From Eledone cirrhosa (Eukaryota), in NCBI GenBank assembly GCA_964016885.1, contig OZ024746.1, positions 78,864,001-78,928,000 on the forward strand: a stretch of DNA of 64,000 bases. Reading direction: 5' to 3'. The notes below the pieces were generated by a model, which worked only from the letters and a program-made list of their open reading frames with translations, was not told the origin of the DNA and ran no database searches. Shown here in pieces: positions 44,537-58,664 of the stretch; the first letter of the stretch is position 1; each line of letters begins with the position of its first letter. Made by a program: the position numbers and the translations under genes.

Positions 44537-44983
44537 GGGGCCGTATTTATATATATCCAAAATTAAGTTAAATTAAGGGTGTCATGTCAGATAGACTTGA
44601 TCTAACGAGCCTCATTTTACATCCACTTTCCACACAATCATGTGTTGGGCGGATTGTCACAGTCTGAGACTAGACATATAAGAGTGACCTCATCTTGCTC
44701 ATGCATTACATATTTGGCGTGGTTTCTGTGGCTGGATGGCTTTCCTGACATAACCACTTCAGATTGATTACTGGATGCATTGTTTTTGCGATACCATCAC
44801 AGCCACTTGACACAGTTGACTAGATATATTCTATCAAAGCACCAACAGTAACAATTTACAGGATATACTGAGTGTATTTTATTGTGGCACTAGTACTAAA
44901 GAGGTCGGCACATCGCTGATGGGAGCCACCGCTGCTGAGGACCCGGAACAATTGCTCCCTTTCTACCCTATTAAATCCGGTCC
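44537..44983. mobile_element. Possible hAT-type MITE containing an RTE/SINE fragment (~44710-44895)
   Basis: Ends ggggccgtattta / taaatccggtccc (11/13 inverted match); no clear TSD. Confidence 0.4.
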
Positions 44984-44984
44984 C

Positions 44985-45080
44985 AAATACAATACAATAG
45001 TACTATAACGCTTTTAATTAATATAGTAAGAAAATTGTTTGAAAGTTTCAGACGCTTGACCTTCATCAGAGGATAGAGAG
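44985..45080 (-). mobile_element. Diverged copy of the hammerhead family at 59875-60025
   Basis: Minus strand: CTGATGA-aggtcaagcgtct-GAAAc; stem III degenerate. Confidence 0.5.
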
Positions 45081-45172
45081 GGAAGAGAGTTCATTGTGAA
45101 GAGAGAAAAAGGAAAACGGAAAAAAAGGAAGGATAAAAAATACCTGCGGTTGCCAGTCACCCCCTCTCTCTC

Positions 45173-45227
<55 letters not shown>

Positions 45228-45828
45228 GTCTATCTATCTATTTTCATATGGTAAAATATGTGTTAGTTAATCACCGACACAATTGTACGCAGGATAGATA
45301 GTAAATAATGGATAGATAACTAGATAGGTAGGTAGATAGATAGATAGACAGATAGACAGATAGGTAAATGAATAGTTAGATATATAGATAGATATGTTTC
45401 TGTAATTAGCCACAGGGGCACAAAAGAAGGGGACAGTTAGATAGATAGATAGTGTGATCTACATAGCTTCACAGAACATAATAACACTACAATACATTTG
45501 TCTATCTTCAGTGATGAACTTCTAATTTCCTGTCACAAAATTATCCATTCTCTCAAACATTTTCTCACGTTATACCTTCCCGTCTTTAGCCCCACCCCCA
45601 CCCCACCTCAAACCACTTTCCCTTTCTTCTTTCTTTCGTTTAGAATTCTTCTTTGTTTTTCCATATTCTTTTATCTCACGGCCTCATTCGATTTAGATGG
45701 ATAGATTGATTAGATAGATAGATAGATACATTATATATATATATATATAATACTTATGTATGTGTGTGTATGTATATGAATATATATAACTATATTACAT
45801 ATATGTATATATATACACGCACATATAC

Positions 45829-45883
<55 letters not shown>

Positions 45884-46129
45884 TGTTTGTAAATAGATAC
45901 CTACTCTCGTCCTGATTTCTTTTATCTATCTACCTACCTACCTACCTACCTATCTATTTATCTCTCTCCCTTTCTATCTCTCAGTATATATATATATATA
46001 TATATGTAGATAAATCTACCAAAATATACGGTAGTGTCCAATCCGTATGAAGAACTCAATGTAATCCAAATATCATGAAAAGAGATGTATTCAAAAAATT
46101 TTTAGATGAAAATATCAGGAAAACAGAGT

Positions 46130-46405
46130 CAAGATAAATTAATAAAAACAATGAATAAAAACAAAGAAACAGTTCCTTATATTAAAAAATTCATCATTTT
46201 ACGATCGTTTCTAGGTTATATATGTGTGTGTTGGTATGTATATCATATAGATCTATGTAAAAATTTTACAAACTATCAGAGAGAATATACATACCTACAC
46301 ATATATACATACCAACACACACATATATATCCTAGAAACGATCGTAAAATGATGAATTTTTTAATATAAGAACTGTTTTTCTTTGTTTTTATTAATTTAT
46401 CTTTG
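46130..46405. repeat. Long inverted repeat (~110-bp arms, ~55-bp loop)
   Basis: ttatattaaaaaattcatcattttacgatcgtttctagg...tgtgtgtgttggtatgtata versus tatacataccaacacaca...cctagaaacgatcgtaaaatgatgaattttttaatataa. Confidence 0.93.
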
Positions 46406-46418
46406 AAAAATACTCCGA

Positions 46419-46497
46419 AGACTCCAAGCCTAGGTTTGGATGAAACAATTATATGTTAATAAATGCTTTGAACATAGCTTTGATTCTTGTGAAATTC

Positions 46498-46575
<78 letters not shown>

Positions 46576-46650
46576 GAATTCACAAGAATCAAAGCTATGT
46601 TCAAAGCATTTATTAACTTATAATTGTTTCATCCAAACCTATGCTTGGAG

Positions 46651-46653
<3 letters not shown>
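46419..46653. repeat. Near-perfect ~235-bp palindrome centred on (TA)n
   Basis: gactccaagcctaggtttggatgaaacaattat...gattcttgtgaaattctatatgtg-(TA)n-cacatatagaattcacaagaatc...ataattgtttcatccaaacctatgcttggagtc. Confidence 0.95.
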
Positions 46654-46741
<88 letters not shown>

Positions 46742-46837
46742 ACATATATATATCCTTTCATATACGTGTCTTCGTCAGAATGAAACGGCGTTTCAATAGA
46801 CCTACTTTCGCTCGTATCTAACAATAATCTTAACTAT

Positions 46838-47026
46838 AATTGTTTCTACTATTGGCACAAGGCCAGAAATTACCCAGTACATTACTGGTACTTTATTTTA
46901 TCGACCCCGTAAGGATGAAAGGCAAAGTTAACCTCGGCGGGATTTGAACTCAGAATAGCAAGGGCCGTAACTCTATGCATCAAAGCATGGCGTCCGACCC
47001 TCTACCGATACTGCCAATCCACCGCC
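46838..47026 (-). mobile_element. Full-length SINE family A with 18-bp TSD
   Basis: aataatcttaactataat at ~46823 and ~47027. Confidence 0.92.
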
Positions 47027-47297
47027 AATAATCTTAACTATAATACTGCCTAAAGTTGCTGACCGATCACAGACGAAGGCTGCGGGCAGGAATAAACGTA
47101 ACAGATTTAACAATGTTTCCATTTTTATTAAATTATTAAAGAGAAATGTGTTTAGTTTCCTTGTTATGCAAAGATGTAGTAAGTATAAAGTAAAAGGCTC
47201 TTAACTGTTAATAAAATGGTAGGGACGCCATTTCTCTCCATGTCGAAATACACGTTTTGAGAAAGAAAGGCGCGGGAGAGGAATAGAATCGATCCAA

Positions 47298-48133
47298 GTG
47301 ATGGATTGGCAGTATCAGTAGAGGGTCGGACAACATACTTTGCAGCATAGAGTTATGGCCCTTTACGGTCTGAGTTCAAATCCCGCCGAGGTTAACTTTG
47401 TCTTTCATCTTTACGGGGTCGATAAAATAAAGCACCAGTAATGCACTGGAGTAATTGCTGGCCTTGTGCCAAAAGTAGAAACAATTATTTTATTTAGGCG
47501 GTGGATTGGCAGTATAGAATAGAGCGTCGGACAACATGCTTATCAGCATAGAGTTACGGCCCTTTACGTTTTGATTTCAAATCCCGCCGAGGTTTGATTT
47601 CACTTTAATCCTTACGGGGTCGACACAATAAAGCACCAGTAATGCACTGGGGTCGATTTAATTGACCTTTCCCTCGCCTTCAAATTGCTGGTCTTGTGCC
47701 TATAGTAGAAACAATTATTTTATTTAACGACTTCGAAATAATTGTTTCTACATTTGGCACAAGGCCAGCAATTACCCCCAGTGTATTACTGGTGCTTTAT
47801 TTTATCGACCCCGTAAAGATGAAAGGCAAAGTTAACCTCGGCGGGATTTGAACTCAGACCGTAAAGGGCCATAACTCTATGCTGCATTTTATCGACCCCG
47901 TAAGGATGAAAGGCAAAGGTAACCTCGGCAGGATTTGAACTCAGACCATAAAGGGACGTAACTCTTTGCTGCAAAGCATGGCGCCCGACCCTCTAGCGAT
48001 ACTGCCAATCCACCCGAAATAATGAAAGGCAGGTTGACTTCGCTGGGATTCGAACTCTGAGTACGTTGAGCAGGAACAAATACCGAAGCATTTTTTTTAT
48101 CCGGCGCTGTAACGACTCTGCCAATTTGCGGCA
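47298..48133. mobile_element. Cluster of SINE A copies: two plus (47298-47488, 47497-47718), then minus copies (47738-47885, 47886-48015, diverged 48022-48133)
   Basis: Direct and reverse-complement matches to the family consensus. Confidence 0.9.
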
Positions 48134-48264
48134 TTAAGATGTAGTCGGAGAAGCTATGCAGGTTTCACCTTATACGAAGTTTCTTAGGTATTTTAATGAG
48201 AAAGGCCCCAGTCCTATATATTGGAACTTTTACTCTACGGAGACTGCCACCGCCTCCTACATCA

Positions 48265-48348
<84 letters not shown>

Positions 48349-48500
48349 AGGTTGGTTGGTTGGTCTGCAAGATGGATAGATAATAGATAGAGAGAGGATA
48401 GAGGGATAGATAGAGAGATTATAAAAATAAAAAAATGTGTAAAGAACGAAAGTATTTTCCAGACAAGCGTAAACCTGTTACATACATGTATATACTTCCT

Positions 48501-48549
<49 letters not shown>

Positions 48550-48576
48550 CATACATTTATATATATATGTATGCGA

Positions 48577-48715
48577 AGTGTAAACGGAAAACGACACAGC
48601 AAAACAATACAGTACAATGAAGATATATATTAGTTTAACGCTTGAAAAAAATAGGAAAAGAGTCTTACCGTGTCGGATGCTAGTCTTTCAACATAAAATA
48701 GAATGAGAAAGAAAA
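48577..48715 (-). mobile_element. Decayed copy of the hammerhead family at 59875-60025 (core mutated)
   Basis: aggaaaagagtcttaccgtgtcggatgctagtctttcaacataaaatagaatg aligns with aggaaaagagtcttaacgtttcggacgctagtccttcatcagaaaatagaatg. Confidence 0.75.
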
Positions 48716-48736
48716 GAAGAAATAGGAATATAGAAG

Positions 48737-48767
<31 letters not shown>

Positions 48768-49486
48768 CATACATATACATATATATATATTATATAGATA
48801 CATATATATATACACATACACATATGTATATATATGTACATACACACACAGACACATTCATATGTATATACATGCACACACATATACATATTTGTATACC
48901 CATGTGAGTATATATGAAAGAACGATGTAAATAGAGTGAAACAAATTAAAATGTTATCAACAATAAAATCAATAACGCCATATAAATAAACCAATTAACG
49001 AGTAATGAACGACGATCTAGCAAACATAAATGAAGCAACAAATAAAGTAATATTTCCTTTGGCTTCAGCTAATCTAGAACATCTACTGTATTTCTGATGA
49101 AAGCGATCACTAAACCACTTAGTCTTTACAATATTTAATTCTTAACATCCTCTATCATATGAATCCGCATTAAGTAAATTCTGTTTTGCACTTTTCAAGA
49201 ATTGCAAAATATAAAACATCACTATGACTGTATCATATTAATAATTGAAGTCTTTACTTTAATACTGCAAATTTTCCTTGCGATTTGGATCTGTCCAATA
49301 GTCTATAAATAGATGCTATAAATATTTGCCTTTCATCATTTTGAGATCGACAGGTCAGGTACCAGTCTCATATTGAGGTTGATCCTGTCTCAGAAGGTCT
49401 TGACGGGTCAGTAGTGTCTCTTTCTTCCGTAAATGAAGAAGTTTAGAGTTTAAAAAAAAACACTTCTAATTTAGGATACATGAAAA

Positions 49487-49720
49487 CCGCCATAGCTTTG
49501 CCTTCCACCCATACGGGATCGTGAAAATAAAGTACCAGTAATGCACTGGAGTAATTGCTGGCCTTGTGCCTAAAGAAAGTAGAAACAATTATTATGAAAG
49601 ACAGTAGTGAAGGTGCGTTGCCTAGTGGTTAAGTGTTAGAATCACGATTATAAGGTAGACGTTCAATTCCCCGTTCATGCCAACCCTTACCTATGGTTAG
49701 GAATCTTGGGTAGTAACCGA
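49487..49720 (+). mobile_element. SINE A 3' fragment followed by a tRNA-like SINE head (~49610-49720)
   Basis: ctttgccttcc...aaagtaccagtaatgcactgg; then ggtgcgttgcctagtggttaag...gttcaattcccc. Confidence 0.6.
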
Positions 49721-49779
49721 AAGAACACGATCGCGAAAAGAAACGTCCGAAATGGGATTCCTCTTTGGAGTAACATTAT

Positions 49780-50165
49780 ATATTTTATCGATTACATTTT
49801 GTCGAACGGCTATGTAACAAAACATAAATACGCACGCACACAGAGTCAGATATACGACAGGCTTCCGCACACAGGTTTCATCTACCAAATTCCAATCACA
49901 AAAGCATTGGACACCCGGAGTATAGTCAAAGAGAAGACTCCATTGACAGTACTACTTATTTAATCGATTTCATTTTGTCGAACCGCTAAGTTTCAGGACC
50001 CCCTCCACACACACGACCCCCCCCCCCCCCCCATCCACACATGTAATATATGACGAGCCTTTAAACAATTTCATCAGCAAGGCATTGGTCAATCAGGAGC
50101 TATAGACGAAAAGAAAAGGAAACACTTGCCCAAGGTTCCGCGCAGTGGGTCAGAACTCGAAACCT
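49780..50165 (-). mobile_element. Two overlapping/tandem fragments of a CORE-like SINE (family C)
   Basis: ttttgtcgaac(g/c)gcta twice; acacttgcccaaggttccgcgcagtggg...gaactcgaaacc is the reverse of a B-box + CORE-like ccttgggcaagtgt. Confidence 0.65.
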
Positions 50166-50844
50166 TCTTTCTTTCTTTCCTTCTTTCTTTCCATCTTTCT
50201 TTCTTTCTTCATGTCTTTCTTTTTTTATACCTTTCCATCTTTCTTATTAGCAACATGTCATTGTATTTTTGTAATATTTCGTATGTGTGTGTGTGTGTGT
50301 ATGTATCTGTGTTTGTGTGTATCTGCGGCTGTGCTGTGTATGTGTACTTGTGTGTTTATTTGTATATGTATCTGTGTTTGTGTGTGTGTGTATGTATCAT
50401 TCTGTTTGTGTATGTGCATGCATTTGTGTTTGTGTGTGTGCATGTAGCTGTGTGTTTGTGTATGTATCTCTGTGTATATGTATCTGTGTTTATGTGTGTA
50501 TGTATCTGTGTGTTTGTGTGTGTATTTGCGTGTTTGTGTGTCTGTGTTTGTGTTTGTGTGTATATGTAGCTGTGTGTGTGTGTGTGTGTGTGTGTGTATC
50601 TGTGTGTCTGTATGTGTGTGTTTTGTCGTATTTTAAATATTTTTTCTCTCTATATTTCATGTGTTGTTGTGTACTTATGTTTTGCCGTTTGTTTTATTTA
50701 CATCTTTCATTGTTTTGTTTCAATGGAATCTTCAAACAAAACAACTCCAGTTTGGAGTCTGGTAATATTTCACTCACTAATTGATAATAAAAGTGAAATT
50801 TATAGCAGAATAAAGAAATAGTATTGGCAGCAGAAACAGCCTCG

Positions 50845-51631
50845 ACACCACCATCAACACCACCATCAACACCACCATCACCACCACCATCAACACCACC
50901 ATCACCACCACCATCAACACCACCACTACCACCACTAGCATCACCAGCATCACCACATCAACACCACCAGTAGCATCACCATCATCATCACAACCACCAT
51001 CAACACCACCATCAACACCACCACCATCAACACCACCACTACCACCACTATCAACACCACCATCAACACCACCACTACCACCACTAGCATCACCAGCATC
51101 ACCACCATCAACACCACCACTACCACCACTAGCATCACCATCATTATCACCACCACCATCACCACCACCATCAACACCACCACTATCGCCACCACCATCA
51201 GCATCATCATCACAACCACCATCACCACCACCATCAACACCACCACTATCACCACCACCATTAGCATCACCATCATCATCACAACCGCCATCACCACCAC
51301 CATCAACACCACCACTATCACCACCACCACTAGCATCACCATCATCATCACAACCACCATCACCACCACCATCAACACCACCACTATCACCACCACCACT
51401 AGCATCACCATCATCATCACAACCACCATCACCACCACCATCAACACCACCACTATCACCACCACCATCAGCATCATCATCACAACCACCATCACCACCA
51501 CCATCAACACCACCACTATCACCACCACCATCAGCATCATCATCACCACCACCATCACCACCACCATCACCACCACCACTATCACCACCACCATCACCAC
51601 CACCAAGATCACCACCAGCATCATCATCACC
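50845..51631. repeat. (ACC/ATC) minisatellite with ~55-60 bp units
   Basis: catcaacaccaccactatcaccaccacc...gcatcaccatcatcatcacaacc recurs. Confidence 0.93.
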
Positions 51632-51847
51632 GTCTTCCTGTGTTCGCTCCACGGAGTAGGGTCTTAGCGCTTTCAACATCTCCTAATATCTCATCTGTTT
51701 TATTGAGGCAATCTTTTTTGGTGTAGCATGGTGCACTTACACAAACACACATATACCCATGCGCACACACTCTTACACACAATGATACTCACACACGCAG
51801 CTATTATACAAAGAGGCATACATTCGCACACCTACATTCTCTTCAAG

Positions 51848-51909
<62 letters not shown>

Positions 51910-52089
51910 GCGTGCGTGCACACACAGGAGATGATGCTGTTTTCTTAGTAATGAGACCTATCTATCTATTTATCTGTCTGTCTTTCTGTCTGTCTGTCTG
52001 TTGTATCATCTACAGACAACAATAGGTTGATTCCTAACAGAATATATCTATACGTGAAGAAGTACAAGAATGCCAGAAGTCCCCCGACC

Positions 52090-52227
52090 CCTCACTCTCT
52101 CTCTCTCTTATTCCCTCTATCTCTTTCTATCTCTCCATCTCTCTCTCTCTCTCTCTTACTCTCTCCCTCTCTCTCTATATATATATATATGTGTGTGTAT
52201 TCATATATATGTATTCATATATATGTA

Positions 52228-52269
<42 letters not shown>

Positions 52270-52293
52270 CTTATATATATATATATATATTTA

Positions 52294-52387
<94 letters not shown>

Positions 52388-52427
52388 TATATATATATAT
52401 ATATATACTTATATATATATATATATA

Positions 52428-52461
<34 letters not shown>

Positions 52462-52667
52462 TAAATATAGATATATTAATAAATAAAATTACATAAATAT
52501 ATACATACATATATATAAATATATATACCATAAAAAAAGAAAGAGCAAGAAAAAATTAAGAAAAGGGAAACAAATAAGATAAGATAAGGTAAGAAAGAGG
52601 GAAGGAGAGAAAGAAAGAAGAGAACCGAAAACGCGAAAGAATGCTGAACGCATACATATACATACAT

Positions 52668-52699
<32 letters not shown>

Positions 52700-53159
52700 T
52701 TATATACATATATATACACACAGATACACACACACACATACATACACACATACATAAATATATACACAGACACACACTTACATATACGTACATATATACA
52801 TACGTACGTTACATACATATACACACAGATACACACATACGTACATATATACATACATATTTGCATACATACATACATTCATATATATGCATACATATAC
52901 AGATACATACATACATATACACACATACATATACATACATGCATTTATGCATACATACATGCATTTATGCATACATACATGCATGCATACATACATGCAT
53001 ACATACATATATACATACATACATACATAGACACACATACATACACACACACATACATACACGCATACCTACATACCTACAAGCATAAATGCATACATAC
53101 ATGCATACACACACATATATATATATATACATACATACAAGCATACATGCATACATACA

Positions 53160-53201
<42 letters not shown>

Positions 53202-53583
53202 CATACATACATACGTACATACATAGACACACATACATACATACACACACACACATACATACATGCAAGCATACATGCATACATACATGTACGCACATCA
53301 TAAAATGTTGTTGGTTGTGGTTGGTGGAGCGTGTGGTGGTAGGGGGGGGGGGGTAGTAGGTAAGGCTTTGGCGTAGTAAGTTTTTTCCTGTGGTGGTGGA
53401 TTTTGGTAGAGTCGATTTGAGGTAGCAGAGGAATTAAATAACGATAAAAAAGAGAAAGATTACAAAGAATGAAGTAAAAAAAATCTCTGATATATATAAA
53501 CATGTATATATATATATATATATTATATATATATATATATACATGTTTATATATATATATGTATCTTTGCATATATGTATGTT

Positions 53584-53651
<68 letters not shown>

Positions 53652-54038
53652 CATGTATATATATATATATATAATATATATCTATATATATACATATATA
53701 TATGTATATGTATGTATATATATATAATATATATCTATATATATACATACATACATATATATATATATGTATATATAATATAATATATATCTATATATAC
53801 ATACATACATATATATATATATGTATATATATATGCATACATATATATATATGTATATATATATGCATACATATATATATATGTATATATATACATACAT
53901 ATATATATATGTATATATATATACATACATATATATATGTATATATATATATACATACATATATATATATATATGTATGTATATATATACATATATATAT
54001 ATGTATATATATATACATACATATATATATATATATGT

Positions 54039-54069
<31 letters not shown>

Positions 54070-54118
54070 TATATAAATATATATATATATATATACATAC
54101 ATATATATATATATATGT

Positions 54119-54190
<72 letters not shown>

Positions 54191-54200
54191 GTACATACAT
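52090..54200. repeat. (CT)n/(TA)n/(TACA)n microsatellite fields
   Basis: Direct reading. Confidence 0.96.
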
Positions 54201-55059
54201 AAGAACGAATAAGAATATATAACATATATTCAATGTATACAAAGAAAAAAGATATGATGGGAAAAAAAATAACAGAAAAACACGAAGAATACTGAAAAAA
54301 TAATATGGGGAGATTGAGAAAAAGAAAAGAAAGAATGAGAGAAATATACGAATAAAAAGAATGAAGTTGTAGAGAGAGGGGGGTGGGAGAGAGAGAAGAG
54401 GAGAGTGAGGGGGAGAGAGAGGGGAGATAGATAGAGGGTGGTGGGAGAGATATATAGAGAGAAGGAAAAAGGGGGGAAAAAGGGAAAGGCAAAATGAAAA
54501 CGGTAAGCAAGAAAAGAGAATCAGAATTGGATAAGAATGAAGGTAAGAAAGAACAGCAGAAAAAAGAGGAAATGGAAATGAATGAAGAAATACTGACAAG
54601 ATATTGTGGTGCTACTTAACGAACCTGAAGATAGAATGTTGGCTAAAAACTATTGTTGTGAACTTTACATTGAAATCAATGTTGATTCTGACCCGGATCT
54701 GGCATTCTTCATATCTTCATACTTAAATCCTGACTTGTGCAACTCAACTCTAAATACTATCGTATTACTTTCACTATATCCCTTCTGATATCAAACTGCC
54801 TGAAACTGTCCCTAGTTTTTCCCATACCAAACCACTTGTTTGAAAAATGTGCATATTTAAGAAAAATCTTTCCATCACCATTTTATGTTAATCTATGCTT
54901 AGTTAATCTATGCTCCACACAGCAGTTTAACCCTTTTAATACTAAACTGTCTGGAACCAACTTTAGTTCTACGATACAAAACTGATTATTTTAATGCGTT
55001 TATGTTTATCTAAAGAGAAGAATTACATTTCATTTGTGTCCATCTGTAATTAAGTGGCT

Positions 55060-55810
55060 AAGTAAATCCTACTAAGACGCTGTCGTCGTGGCACATACAC
55101 GGTGGAAAGTACAGCAATGGCTACAATCAAAAGTGATACCCTCAAAGCTACTTCCAGATGTACAACATTACCAGAAAATTCAAAGCTATACTTTCGACTG
55201 TCTGGAGGGTGAAAGAATCAATCAAACCCTAGATGATTTTGAGAATAGTAATAAACCCCCCACCCCCCACCCCACCCCACCCCACCCTCGAGAAGCTTGG
55301 AGACTGACTAAAGAACTTTCTGGTAAAATGAGGTAGAAAAATGTGGTATATATCAAAGATGAAGACCGCCTTATGACTTGGAGGGAGGACTTTCACAAAT
55401 TCCTATCAGTTCACAGTCATTGTGAGCCAGACGTAGCGATTAACCCAGTATATGAAGTCTATCCAGAGACAAGCATTGCTGAATTCTCTATAGAAGTAGA
55501 CAATACACTAAAGGCAATGAAACCAGGCAAAGCTCCTGGGTTTGATGGACTAATTATAGACTCGTGGAAACTATCCAAAGCTCGGAAGTTTCTAAGAGAT
55601 TTCTATATTGAAACCTTTGACTGTCACAGGCCTGAGGAATGGGAAATATCAGAATAGTGCCAATACCCGAGAAAGGTAACCTCAGAATTTGCACCAACTA
55701 TAGAGTCATCAGTCTTATGCAAATTGCAGCAAAGACTTACAACATGATGATCCTGAATAGAATCAGACCATGTATAGACGTCATTCTACGTTCCAACTAA
55801 AATGGATTTT
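55060..55810 (+). pseudogene. Decayed RTE-clade LINE fragment (region upstream of and entering the RT domain)
   Basis: EAWRLTKELSGK...LKAMKPGKAPGFDGL...IVPIPEKGNLRICTNYRVISLMQIAAKTYNMMILNRIRP...N*NGF, with stops and frameshifts. Confidence 0.85.
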
Positions 55811-55914
55811 ATAATATACTAGACATATCCAGTTCATTCTCCTTTGGATACACATACATTCACAGAGAGCATAGTTTTTACACCATCCCTTTTCCCCCCT
55901 TTTACGCACTCACA

Positions 55915-56004
<90 letters not shown>

Positions 56005-56039
56005 CACTCACACAGAGCTTTGTGCAAAAGTTGTTTGAA

Positions 56040-56152
56040 TATATTTTTTTCGGCGTAGAATTTTCACCATCCCCCTTCTTTCGTTTTAACTCATCCATCT
56101 CACGAGCAGTTGACACACGGACGGACACAATGCGACTTTTATTTATATAGAT
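56040..56152 (-). mobile_element. Possible Helitron-like non-autonomous 5' end
   Basis: Minus strand starts atctatataaataaaagtcgcattgtgtccgtccgtgtgtc (A|TC start, then short (GTCC) repeat). Confidence 0.35.
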
Positions 56153-56372
56153 AACTTCATCGGTGTTTGAGGGCCTAAGGAAGGAAACTATTTTCTGTAT
56201 CCTTCTCCTCACTGATACCAGATCATTGTGCCGATAGATCCCTCCTATATGATAAGACAAAAGTCGTCTTGTATACAACACAATCTATTACATAACTCTC
56301 AGCCTTGTGTTTATTTAAAATAGCATACTTAAAACCAACATGGAGGAAAATATATATATAGCAAAACATTTT

Positions 56373-56760
56373 TAATAATTGTTTCTACTTTTGGCACAAG
56401 GCCAGCAATTATCCCAGTACATTACTGGTACTTTATTTTATCGATACTATAAGGATGAAAGGCAAAGTTAACTTCGACGGGATTTGAACTCAGACCATAA
56501 AGGACCGTAACTCTTTGCTGCAAAGCATGGCGCCAGACCCTCTACCTATACTGCCAATCCACCACCCTTACATTTTTAATAATTGTTTCTACTTTTGGCA
56601 CAAGGCCAGCAAATACCCAGTACATTACTGGTACTTTATTTTATCGACCCCGTAAGGATGAAAGACAAAGTGAACCTCGGCGGGATTTTAACATCAGACG
56701 CTAAAGGGACGTAACTATGCTGGAAAGCATGGCGTCCGACTCTCTACCGATACTGCCAAA
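56373..56760 (-). mobile_element. Two tandem SINE A copies
   Basis: Each starts acatttttaataattgtttctacttttggcacaaggcc on the plus strand. Confidence 0.9.
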
Positions 56761-57037
56761 TAATGATAAGGAGTTTTTCATCCTCAAAACAATTAGCCCA
56801 CTGCAACCCCGAAAGATTTCTCTGAAATCAAGGAATTTAACCCCACAGGGAATTCCCTAACTCGGGGTTAAGGTGATGGACACTGACCCTTCCTCATATA
56901 ACCCCCCTCCTCCTCACCCCCCTCCTCCTCCTCACCCCCCTCCTCCTCTGCAATATTACGCCAATCTGATTGTTGTTGACATTTACGCCAAGTTTTCTCA
57001 AATGTTTGGCATTATGACTTTATATTCTTATTCACAG

Positions 57038-57234
57038 ATTGTTGTTGTTATCGTTGATGTTGTTGTTGTTGTTGTTGTTGTTATCGTTGTTTTTCTTGTT
57101 GTTGTTATCGTTGTTGTTGTTGTTGTTGATGTTGTTGCTGTTGATGTTGTTGTTATCGTTGTTGCTGTTGATGTTGTTGTTGTTATCGTTGTTGTTGTTG
57201 TTGTTATCGTTGATGTTGTTGTTGTTGTTATTGA

Positions 57235-57265
<31 letters not shown>

Positions 57266-57379
57266 CCTGTTGTTGTTATTGATGTTGTTGTTGTTGTTGT
57301 TATTGTTGTTGTTATCGTTGATGTTGTTTTTGTTGTTGTTATTATTGCTGGTATTGCTGTTATTGTTGTTGTGGTTGTT

Positions 57380-57422
<43 letters not shown>

Positions 57423-57720
57423 TTGTTGTTGTTGCTGTTGGTGTCGTTGTTGTTGTTGTTGCTGTTGCTGTTGTTGGCGGTGGTGCTGTTGTTGTTGTTG
57501 GTGATGTTGGTGTTGTTGTTGCTGTTGTTGTTGTTGCTGTTGTTGTTGCTGTTGTTGTTATTGCTGTTGTTGCTGCTGTTGTTGTTGCTGTTGTTGTTGT
57601 TGTTGTTGTAGCTGTTGTTCTTGTTGTTGTTGCTATTGTTGTTGTTCTTGTTGCTGTTGCTCCTACTGTCGTTATTGTTATTGATGTTGTTGTTGATACT
57701 ACTGTTGATGTTAATGTTCA
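57038..57720. repeat. (GTT)n degenerate trinucleotide tract
   Basis: Direct reading. Confidence 0.97.
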
Positions 57721-57980
57721 CGCAGATAGTTCTTGTTCTTGCCAATGGCGTACATGCTATTGTTGTTGCTGTCCCCTTATTCCCGTTTGCATATCCTTTG
57801 CTCATTAAATGATAGCAGTTCCTTCATAATCTCTTTTCTTCACTATTTCTTCCCCCCCCCCCCACTCTCTCTCTCTCTCTTTCTACGTTTTCTTTCCGTT
57901 CACTGTCCATCGTTACGCATGTTCAGCTGATTGAGCTCGTAAGCTGATTACACTACCTACCTATCTATCTATCTATCTAT

Positions 57981-58578
57981 ATAGCGTCCGCATTCTACTA
58001 CCGCTTGACCGTCGTGCCTTGTCCAGCCAAAACGCTCGCCAAAATGGAGCGCGCGCTCTTCCGATTCCTTTGGAAGAGGCGGGCTCCTTTGGTGAGAAGA
58101 TCCATCTGCTGCCAACACCCTTCTAACGGAGTGCTGGGGATGCCGTGGTTGACGATGCGCAAACACGCGCTCAGGCTGCGGCATCTCTACGTATTCCTCA
58201 CCGGACAACCGGTGTGGGCCCCGTTCGTGAGGCGAGCCTTCCCACGACTCGTCTCGCTGACCGAGCTGCAGTCCTGGGTCAAGCAAAGATCGAGGAAAAT
58301 GGGCGACCGGCACATCGAATGTGCTCAGGCGCTCACAGCCCACTAGCAGGCGGACCCGGCGATCAGTGGAGACTCCACTTCGTCATTCTATAGAGGGTTG
58401 GTCCGCAGCAAGTGCGACGACGCGCTCGGTGAAACTCTAGGCGTAGAGGAAGATGAACTGGCCAGTCTGTTCGATAGGACCTTCCGCCCGGGACCGATGG
58501 ACAACTTCCAAAAGTTCCTGGCCTGGCAGTGTTACCGAGGAGCTCTACCAGTTCGAGGCAAGCTCTACAGACATGGGC
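57981..58578 (+). pseudogene. L1/Tx1-clade LINE ORF2 fragment (post-RT region), both ends truncated
   Basis: YYRLTVVPCP...LFRFLWKRRAPLVRRSICCQHPSNGVLGMP...AWQCYRGALPVR; one in-frame stop; begins right after (TCTA)n. Confidence 0.85.
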
Positions 58579-58664
58579 AACGACGACAACAAAAATAACA
58601 ACTATATAGAATGAGAAAATTTTTTTTTTTAACCTCCTAGTTATTCTATATATATTATTTTGTC

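Noticed and set aside
46750-46810. CTGACGA...GAAA on the minus strand
   Set aside because: Stems II and III cannot be paired convincingly.
49085-49135. CTGATGAaagcgatcact possible hammerhead
   Set aside because: GAAA is missing and stem I is poor; at best a heavily decayed copy.
49610-49685. tRNA gene
   Set aside because: A/B-box-like motifs are present but no clean cloverleaf; more likely a SINE head.
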